In this document: positions 1 through 6,680 of the stretch, piece after piece | Layout of the letters: the number at the start of each line of letters is the position of its first letter | Position numbering within the stretch: the stretch's first letter is position 1 | Assembly: GCA_001179505.1 (NCBI GenBank) | Contig: CDMY01001002.1 | Coordinates: 1-6,680 of the forward strand | Length of the DNA stretch: 6,680 bases | Direction: 5' to 3' | DNA from: Vitrella brassicaformis CCMP3155 | Lineage: Eukaryota > Protista > Chromerida | Position numbers and translations under genes: made by a program | The notes under the pieces: generated by a model | Seen by the model: only the letters and a program-made list of their open reading frames with translations | Told to the model about the DNA's origin: nothing | The model's database searches: none

Positions 1-99
1 TCGCATTCAGCGAAGTCCAGCACATAGAGATCACTCTCGCGCTTGAATGGGATGGTCATCCCTGTCTTGGTGTGGGCGATGTGATAGTCATCAGTATCG

Positions 100-420
100 A
101 ACACCACTCGGTAGCCATCGTCCTCCAACGCACTCACTGAAATCAAAGTAAACGCCATATCAGGCACCAGTAGAGCACGGGAGAGTTTCACCGACTCCGC
201 GGCGAGGGGACCACACCTGTCTAGGTGGGTAGTACACGATATACCTTGGCGCCACGTCGTGGCGACACCGAACAGGAACGACTACTTCCCCCACCGCCGT
301 CACGGCGATGCTCCTGCCGTCCGCGATGGTCAGAGAGCGACCCACGAGTGTCTCGAGCCTGATGAAGTAACGAGAAGAGGGAAAGACATGCCAACTGCAG
401 CTCGAATCAACCAGTGCTCT
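100..420 (-). other. copia-type aspartic protease domain (active-site motif altered to DSS)
   Basis: ALVDSSCSWHVFP...SLTIADGRSIAVTAVGEV...[insert removed]...VKLSRALLVPDMAFTLISVSALEDDGYRVVF matches the copia pattern ILDSGASxHM...V.LADG......G.G.V...L.NVLYVP.L..NLISVS.L...GY.V.F. Confidence 0.88.
217..268 (-). other. 47-bp insertion (218-264) flanked by 5-bp direct repeat ACACC (213-217, 265-269); equivalent to a 52-nt GT..AG intron-like unit
   Basis: Minus strand reads GTTCG|GTGTCGCC...CTAGACAG|GTGTGGTCC. Removing the 52 nt gives in-frame VVPVRCGPLAAESVKLSRALLVP with normal copia spacing. Confidence 0.8.
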
Positions 421-1038
421 GGATTTCACAGATAACACAGCAGACGTGAAGCATGCAATGTGTGTTGTGCACTGAACAACTGAGGGAACCCCCTCCTCAG
501 CTGCGAGTCGATGGGAAGTGGAGACCGGCAGAAGTTGATCAGGCTTCACCCGATCTCCCTCCCTTACGCACGGCTCTCTCCCAGACAAGCATGTCCGTGT
601 GTCGTGAGTCGTCTCAGCGCGTCGATCGTTCCCGACCGGTGGCGTCACCACATCACGCGAGGATTCTGAGACCTTGCAGCCATCCAACCGTGTGTGCACC
701 TCTCTGTGCTGCCTCTCTTCAAGAGCATGCACGTGTGTGTGCTCCTCCTCTCTCCCCTGTACCGGTGTGAGTGAGCGATTGCATCTGTGTCGGTCAGCAT
801 TCCGCTGCTCGTCTCGTGGCGTCTCGCGCCGACAATGTCGATCACGACACACACCACCACCATGTCCCTTGTTGTACTTGTTGTTCTTGCCCTTGTTGTT
901 GTCCTTGATAACTCGCTCCTTCTCCTTGCGCTCGACCTCATCGATGTGGCTCTTGAGCAGCTCTGCAGCGCGCTTCATGCGGTGGCTGCTCGGGAAGAGG
1001 GTGATGCCGTACATCTTTTTGTCGTGCGTCAGCCGCTT

Positions 1039-1080
1039 GCAGTCCCAGTGGTAGTGGCCGTCGTTGAGGCAGTACTTGCA
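1039..1080 (-). other. Gag nucleocapsid CCHC zinc knuckle
   Basis: Translates to CKYCLNDGHYHWDC, an exact CX2CX4HX4C pattern. Confidence 0.95.
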
Positions 1081-2064
1081 GTTGACGCATTCACCATCAC
1101 CAGCCGCCCTTGCGCCCTCATCAACGTCCATTGGCGTCGTAGCCGCACCGACGCCCATGCTCGCGTCTTGCCCAGGCGATGCCCCAATCATCGCTGCAGC
1201 TGTCTCAAGCTTGCGCACCCTCTCCATGGCGTCGTCGAGGGTGACGTTGCTCTTGATGATCTTCTCGCTGATCGGCAGCTTGTAGGTCGTCGGCACCACC
1301 TTGATGTAGGCGTGCTTGAGCGCTGTGGCCGTGAGCACCTCCTTCTGCGCGTTGACCTTGCCGGCCGGCCGCTTGAACTCGGCGTTGTTGTCTAGGTCCG
1401 ACTTCCTGAGGTCCCAGGCGAACGCGTTGAACTCACGTTGCGCTGAGATTTCGGCGAAGACGGGGTTGGACTCCATCTTTGCCTTGAGCCTCTTGAAGGC
1501 CAGCACACCGTCGAACTCATCGTAGGTGTCCTTGACGCCCTCCTCGTATTGCTCGAGGACGTACTTGGCGGAGCTGTTCTTGCAGGTGAAGGCGAGCAGC
1601 AATGGATGCCCTCAGCTTCTCCTGCTGCTTGTGCATCTGCTTGAGCTCCTCCTCCTTTGCTGCCTTGGTGTACTCGGCGGTGATGGCCTTGTCCTCGATC
1701 TCCTGCTCACGCGTCAGAAGCTCCTCGAGCTTCGTCTGCTGCACCGAGATAGGCATGTGCTCATCAAGCGCCGTGTCCCGCAGTAGGGCCGATTCCTCGA
1801 ACCCCAGCATGGTGCGGAAGCACCGTACCCAATCAGGGTAGTCCTTCTCATCTCCGGAGAAGGTTGGTACGTCGCTGGTGCTGAGCTTGACGTAGTCGCT
1901 CATGGTGGTCGTAGATCTCGTGGTGGAGCTTGGTCAGGAGGCGAGGGGAGTCGACGGGAGTCGAGCGGTGAGTGTGGGGGTCTGAGGGATGACCGAGGGA
2001 GGTCGAATGGACGATGGGGTGACGAAGATCTGGGCAGATCTTGGCTCAGCAGCGACAGCCAGAA

Positions 2065-2080
2065 CGACTTGCTGCGCCCA
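2065..2080 (-). promoter_or_regulatory. candidate primer-binding site TGGGCGCAGCAAGTCG
   Basis: TGG (complement of tRNA CCA) abuts the CA end of the candidate LTR. The cognate tRNA was not identified. Confidence 0.55.
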
Positions 2081-2234
2081 TGTCGGTAGATGAGAGTGGC
2101 TGTGGAGGATCGCTGTCGTTGCCCATTAAGGCAACAGATGAGCCAGAGGGACGGTTCACGAGAAGGAGGGACAGTTCGGAGTGCTCAGGGTTCTCAGCAT
2201 GCAGTTGCATTACACGGCGCGATCTACCCCAACA
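2081..2234 (-). repeat. candidate 5' LTR (154 bp)
   Basis: On the minus strand it starts TGTTGGGGTAG (2234-2224) and ends CTACCGACA (2089-2081). These are TG...CA termini with imperfect inverted ends, directly followed by TGG and located about 180 bp upstream of the gag ATG. The partner LTR is outside the window, so the boundaries are unconfirmed. Confidence 0.7.
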
Positions 2235-2504
2235 CACGCAGCCTCTGACAGTGTCTGCCTTTGTTGTGCCGCCCGTTCGCCTCTCCCACACCGCCAAGCA
2301 CAGAGGAGCCTCAGGCCTGACGTCGCAGCCTCAGGAGTACGAGCATCGTCCGTGGCTGCTGACCGAACATACGAGCAGACCACACGCGCGCCCGGTAAGA
2401 GACCATTAATGACTTCACTGGCAGCCATGCGTCTAAGTGGACGTGCATCGATCTCCCCGTTTGAGTGCAGGATAAGACGGAGACTGAGAGCGCTCCACAA
2501 CCAG
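2235..2504 (+). CDS. probable 5' exons of the M41-like gene (end of signal peptide plus transit-peptide-like region), 5'-truncated at the LTR edge
   Basis: 2235-2394 reads TQPLTVSA-FVVPPVRLSHTAKHRGASG... and ends at a GTAAG donor (2395). A 76-nt intron ends GTGCAG (2470). Exon 2471-2504 (DKTETESAPQP) is in frame and followed by a GTGAAT donor. The path through 2505-2886 is ambiguous, with several frame-compatible splice models. Confidence 0.55.
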
Positions 2505-2793
2505 GTGAATGGACATGTACAGCACAGGCCGTTGATTGAGCCACTGTGTTTGTCTCCCTTCAGCAGGGTGGGCCAAGGTAGTCGCTAAGGTTTCCTTGGA
2601 AGTCATCCACGAGGGTGTCGCGAAGATCTGGCCTCAAGTTTTCTTCATATAGTTCATTCTGTGAAGCCTGAAGGGCTCAGAGTTGAAGGAGACAGGGGCA
2701 GGTGAACGGCTCCGAGTGCTCCTCACAGGGCTCTTTTTCTTTCAATTCGTACTTGGCTTTGTCCTGGAAGAGTGGTTCGATGGCAGAGTGGAA

Positions 2794-2811
2794 TGAGTGA
2801 GTGAGTGAGTG
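2794..2811 (+). repeat. (TGAG)4 microsatellite, providing tandem GTGAGT donor-like sites
   Basis: TGAGTGAGTGAGTGAGTG read directly. Confidence 0.8.
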
Positions 2812-2886
2812 TGGGACGGACCGTTTTGTGGCACCTGCATGTGTGAGCTGTTGGACTCAAATTCGCTTGATAACAGTCCCCTAAAG

Positions 2887-4380
2887 GCCGGTGGCTGGCC
2901 AGGCGGAGACCAATGTGGAGCTGCAGAATGCCGACATGGAGAAGTACACCAACTTCACCATGGACAAACTCACGCCTAAGGGCTCGGGGGTCTTCTGGTC
3001 CGTCGCGTAAGTCATTGCCGAACCGAACAACCAAAGGCACAGCACTCCGCCTCTCATTTCTCTTCATGGCGTGTGTCTGCGTGTGTGTCTCAGCGGTGTG
3101 GCGCTCGCCCTGGCGCAGATCGCCCTGCTGCCCCCTGAGACGCTCAACATTCTCGTGCCTCTGGAGGTGAGCAAACAGCCCGTGACACACCGGACCATAG
3201 CCACACACACACATCGATGTGTGTCACTCGCCATCAGTGTGGTGCCGTGTTGGTGGATTCGCTCTTCTTCCGGTCGGTCCTGTCGGAGAGCGTCGCGCGG
3301 GTGGTCTTCCCGCCCTATCAGGAGAGGATTGTCAAGCACAAGGCGGGCCACTTCCTCATCGGCTACCTACTGGGTGCCCCCATCCAGCGGTGCATCGTGA
3401 CGGTGCCGCAGCTCTTCAAAGAGAAGGCACTCGTGGCCGGACAGGGAAGTGAGACAGACAACCGCACACAGACGGAGGGCACGATGTGTTTGTCTCTCTC
3501 GCTGTGTGTGTGTGTATAGGTACGATCTTTTTCGTGCCTGAGATCAAGGAGGAGGTGATGCGCGGGCAGCTGCGGCGTGAGACCATCGACAGGCTGTCCA
3601 TCATCACCATGGCCGGCATCGCCGCAGAGGCACTTCAGTTCGGTAACGCAGAGGGCGGCAGGAGCGACGAGGCCACACTGGTGAGATCATGGGATGGGTG
3701 CCATCAGTGGAGAGAGAGGAGGCATCACACCCACCTGAGTGCTCATCTGTCTGTGTGTGTCTTGTCACTTGCTGCAGCGCTTGTTCCTTGGTCGGGACAT
3801 CTTCCCGCCCTGGTCGCTACCGCGCGTCACTCTGCAGGCCCGATGGGCCGTCACGCAGGCCGTGCTGCTGCTCAAGGTGGGTGGCTGGGTCGGTGACACC
3901 ACACCACACACAGAGGGCCGCTCAGTCCATGACGTGTGTGTGGTTTGGTGGTGTCGTGTTGTGCTGGGTGGACAGAAGTATTCGCAGGCCTATGACAATT
4001 TGGTCGAGGCACTGCGGCAGGGGAAGCCTGTGGGCGACTGTGTCGCGGCAATCGGTCAGAGAGAAACAGAGAGAGAGAAATGAAATCCATCGCACCTGTG
4101 TATACACTGTGCGGCTGTCTGTGTGTGTGGGTTGGGTGTCTGTGCAGAGAGGGGGCTGCCCGATGATGCAAGGGATGCAATCCAAAGGCGGCAAGACATG
4201 CGCCAAAGCACTTACGGCACCGTAAGACCATCCTCACACATCCCACACACACCATTGCCCGTCTCTTTGTCTGTTCAGGTCACTGCCGGTGGGTGTGGGT
4301 GGGGCGTCGCCACGGTCGGGGTCGTTATCCGCGAGCTGCTCACGATGCCCAAACAGAATGGGGACGGCGGCGAGGGCTGA
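2887..4380 (+). CDS. peptidase M41-like (stand-alone FtsH protease domain, VIR3-like) membrane protein, core exons; catalytic Glu replaced by Lys
   Basis: Exons 2887(or 2903)-3006, 3094-3166, 3238-3448, 3520-3680, 3778-3876, 3976-4054, 4148-4221, 4279-4380, with GT-AG introns and consistent phases; about 305 aa with no internal stop. Motifs: hydrophobic N-terminal segments, YQERIVKHKAGHFLIGYLLG, TIDRLSIITMAGIAAEALQFGNAEGGRSDE, QARWAVTQAVLLL, VGDCVAAIE. The first acceptor and last exon are less certain. Confidence 0.85.
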
Positions 4381-4637
4381 GGGGCCATTGACTGACCGAT
4401 GTGATGGGGGTAGGTGGCTGGGGGGGGGCACAGGAGGTTTTGATGGGGTGACCGTTTTGGGAAGCTGCCATGGATTGATGAGTCGATGAGTTTGTTGATG
4501 TGACGATGCGCTGCATTATTGACAGCCAGGCGACCAGACCTCATGACTGTCATGGGTGGTGTGGTGTGTAAACACGATGTCGCGTCGATTAAGTCGAACA
4601 GTTCACATTGGTCTGTAGAGAGAGGCCCTCTAGTCAC

Positions 4638-4775
4638 GCAGTCTGCTGTGTCATGGGAGGCGTCGCACACAGTGTCGGTCGGTCTGAACACACACCGACA
4701 TGGTCCCCTCAAGTTGTCCAGCAAAGAGGACCTTCTACGTCGCCATGCAGTCTGCTGTGTCATGAGATGCGTCAC
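4638..4775 (+). repeat. 29-bp direct repeat, two copies (4638-4666 and 4747-4775)
   Basis: GCAGTCTGCTGTGTCATGGGAGGCGTCGC versus GCAGTCTGCTGTGTCATGAGATGCGTCAC (26/29, first 18 identical). Confidence 0.85.
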
Positions 4776-5194
4776 TATCACAGACAGCCATGGGTCGATT
4801 CGAGGTAGCCAGCAGCCACAGACAGTACACCAGACACCCTGCCAACACACACATACAGGACACTCCGAGCCATCAGGTCAAAGCGGGCCACCAGTGGAGG
4901 GCAACACACAAACCCCATCCCCATAGTCAAGCAGGACCCCACCCAGACAGGAACATACCAACAGAGAGAGAGGGAGGGAGGGAGCAAGGGAGATGCACAG
5001 AGGATGGATTGAGCAACGCAGACAGGTCGCCCATCCACAGCCATTGGGTCACCCATGTGTCAGCAGCTGGTCTGTCTACAGAGTGGGCGGCATACGATCT
5101 CTCTCTATCACCGACAGCCATGAGTCGATTCGGGCAGCCAGCAGCAACAGACGGCCCTGCAAACACTCTGCCAACATACACACATAGAGGACAC
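4775..5194 (+). repeat. diverged direct repeat of about 90 bp, two copies (4775-4863 and 5105-5194), offset 330 bp
   Basis: CTATCACAGACAGCCATGGGTCGATTCGAGGTAGCCAGCAGCCACAGAC versus CTATCACCGACAGCCATGAGTCGATTCG-GGCAGCCAGCAGCAACAGAC (44/49). Similarity continues through ACAC.CTGCCAACA...CACACATA.AGGACAC. Confidence 0.85.
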
Positions 5195-5269
5195 CCATGC
5201 AGACAGAAGATTCGAACACGCTGTGGTGTGTGTGAGTACCTGTGTTGGTCCGGTATTGAATTGGGTTGA

Positions 5270-6680
5270 TCAGTCGCCGCTCTCCTCCTCGGCTGATGCA
5301 TTGTCACCTGTCATGCAGACACACAGAGACCTGGATGTGATGCGGGTCGATGTGAGTCTATCTGTCGTCCGCTGTGTGTGCCCTCCCCCTCGTGTGTACC
5401 TCCGCTGTCCTCTCCGTCGCTGTCGTCATCCATATCATCCCAACCGCCACCATGGCCGTCGGAATCTACACCACACACAAAGACAGACAGAGATGAGATG
5501 CCATCCATCCATCCATGGCCACCATGTGTGTGTGTGTCCCTCCCTCCCCTGTCCGCACCGTCATCATCGTCGCTATCATCGTCTTCCTGGCCGTCGAAGA
5601 CGTATGGCGCCACTCGCCCCAGCGCCACACGAGCCAGCTGAGTCGTCTCCGGAAAGCGGTCCTTGAAGGGCGCATCCTCACTCACACCAGCCACAGGCGC
5701 CTCGGTCGTCACGACACGAACCCATACTGCAGACAATCAGAAAGGAAGCCATTTCACATGTGACCACCAGAGCTGCCTATCTGTCGGCCTGACCGATGTT
5801 GTCGTCTCCCTCATCCTCAATGATAATGGATGCGACGAAGTTGTGACTACTGTTGGTGAGCACCAGCTCTCGCACATCACTGTCACAGCTGAGTGTGGTA
5901 GTGCATCCGGCCACCGGTGTGTGGGGCGACTAGGTGAGGAGGCCATCCAGGCGACCGCCACCAACACGCCTGAACCAACCACACAGACACACATACACAA
6001 TCAGACACGCATCCCTCTCGCCACTGATGCCATTGGTGTGGTACCTGTTGAGATGTATCGATTTGAGATTCGTGTGATGAGTCCCGGTAAAGTGGGTGAG
6101 GATCATGCGCTTGGCAAATGACGACACTGACGCATCGGTGTACAGGAAGTCCGACTCCCACCTGCCGGTATGGCCCGAGTAATTGATGCGGCTGTCCACT
6201 GGTGGGTCATGCTGTAGTCGCTGCTGCTGATACAGATAGAAGTCGGCAGCGAGAAACGGGTCGACGTCCAGCTCGAAGTCGGGCTCGTCTCTGATGGCCC
6301 GCACCTCACCATTGGCATGGCGGAAGATCTGCAGGCGGCTGCCGTCACCGAAGTCGACGTGGCGGCCGACCACCATGAGCTGCGCCAACACACGGGGGCA
6401 CGATGCATACGCCTACACCACACACACACACAGAGACAGAGAGGAATGGATGAGGCCTCTCTGTTCTCTCCCGCCCCTCTGTGTGTGTGTGCCTTACCGT
6501 CTTGTTGGCGTGTGTGTTGATGTCATCGGCCGTGAGGTTGAGGGGCAGTGTACAGTAGCGGCACTGGCTGGCCCACTCAATCACCACGCCGATCTCCACC
6601 CAGCTCCCCTCCTCCATCACACACACAGCCGCCAGCAGATCACACACGCCGAACTGGTCATCGTCGAACCGCACCAGCTG
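5270..6680 (-). pseudogene. multi-exon hypothetical protein of a Vitrella-type expanded family, with acidic tail and a premature TAG; 5' end outside the window
   Basis: Exons 6680-6498, 6412-6045, 5969-5794, 5726-5559, 5465-5400, 5307-5270 total 999 nt with all phases consistent and a final TGA at 5272-5270. The TAG at 5932-5930 lies mid-exon (LLT*SPHTP) and the frame continues cleanly after it. Motifs LQIFRHANGEVRAI, HDPPV.SRI, DASVSSFAK and FKDRFPETTQLARVALGRVAPYVFDGQ are recalled from Vitrella hypothetical proteins (not searched). Confidence 0.78.

Larger units (their letters stand above)
1..1903 (-). pseudogene. copia gag-pol polyprotein, disrupted by two frameshifts; continues beyond position 1
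   Basis: ATG at 1903 in the context ACCACCATG; starts MSDYVKLSTSDVPTFSGDEKDYPDW (copia Gag N-terminal P.F.G..Y..W pattern). A +1 shift near 1601-1603 (TCC ATT G; removing one T gives KLRASMLLAFTCK) joins ORF 160..1602. A second shift is caused by the 52-nt insert at 217-268. The downstream frame is open to base 1. Confidence 0.88.
1..2234 (-). mobile_element. Ty1/copia LTR retrotransposon, 5' half (LTR-PBS-gag-protease), degenerate, truncated by the left window edge
   Basis: Minus-strand order LTR (TGTTG...GACA), TGG PBS, gag, CX2CX4HX4C knuckle, DS(G/S)CSxH protease, then the copia-type segment LSRALLVPDMAFTLISVSALEDDGYRVVF...DLYVL that normally precedes the integrase. Confidence 0.9.

Noticed and set aside
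420-860. Long, low-similarity linker between the zinc knuckle and the protease
   Set aside because: The frame is open throughout and no duplication or terminal repeats were seen, so there is no evidence for a nested insertion.
787-1395. 202-aa plus-strand ORF and other antisense ORFs over gag
   Set aside because: These are mirror frames of a GC3-biased coding sequence with no recognisable motifs.
1595-1620. CTG AGG G near the gag frameshift resembles the Ty1 +1 slippery site CUU AGG C
   Set aside because: It is not the exact heptamer and lies early in Gag rather than at a gag/pol junction. A single-base insertion (ATT for AT) explains the shift more simply.
2550-2800. Protein-like minus-strand frame (LFQDKAKYELKEKEP...NELYEENLRPDLRDTLVDDFQG)
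   Set aside because: It is interrupted by stops, has no start or motif, and overlaps plausible plus-strand exons and introns. It could not be supported as a gene.
4406-4428. G-rich run after the M41-like stop codon (possible G-quadruplex)
   Set aside because: The G-tracts are irregular and simple-sequence runs are common in this genome style.
4673-4703. 7-bp inverted repeat TGTCGGT/ACCGACA whose right arm plus TGG matches the LTR/PBS junction over 10 nt
   Set aside because: The match is too short and has no further LTR similarity, so it is compatible with chance.
4275-5307. Several 65-191 aa ORFs between the convergent genes
   Set aside because: They are rich in His/Thr/Cys/Val from CA/TG repeats and lack domain signal or consistent splice structure.
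5930-5932. TAG read as Gln by a variant genetic code
   Set aside because: Gln is encoded by CAG/CAA everywhere else in the window and only one internal TAG occurs, so a point mutation is more parsimonious.
1-6680. CRISPR array, rRNA, tRNA or prokaryotic operon features
   Set aside because: No regularly spaced repeats or RNA-gene signatures were seen, and the sequence is clearly eukaryotic with spliceosomal introns.

Overview
This is GC-rich, intron-rich eukaryotic DNA with short GT-AG introns full of CA/TG runs. It looks like the chromerid alveolate Vitrella brassicaformis (inference from intron style and a recalled protein family). The window has four parts. (1) The 5' half of a degenerate Ty1/copia LTR retrotransposon on the minus strand (<1..2234), with a candidate 154-bp 5' LTR, a TGG-starting PBS, and a gag-pol ORF (Gag, CCHC knuckle, aspartic protease) broken by two frameshifts and running off the left edge. 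(2) A multi-exon plus-strand gene for a peptidase M41-like (FtsH protease domain only, VIR3-like) protein whose HExxH motif reads HKAGH; its putative plastid-targeting first exon begins right at the LTR edge, as if the element had inserted into it. (3) An intergenic stretch with diverged direct repeats. (4) The 3' part of a six-exon minus-strand gene of a lineage-specific hypothetical family carrying an in-frame TAG. The two most interesting observations are a 47-bp hairpin-bearing insertion flanked by a 5-bp direct repeat that forms a frame-restoring 52-nt GT..AG intron in the retro-protease, and an ATG at the PBS/LTR junction that reads antisense through the whole LTR in frame into the host exon. 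All splice models were read by eye and no searches were run.
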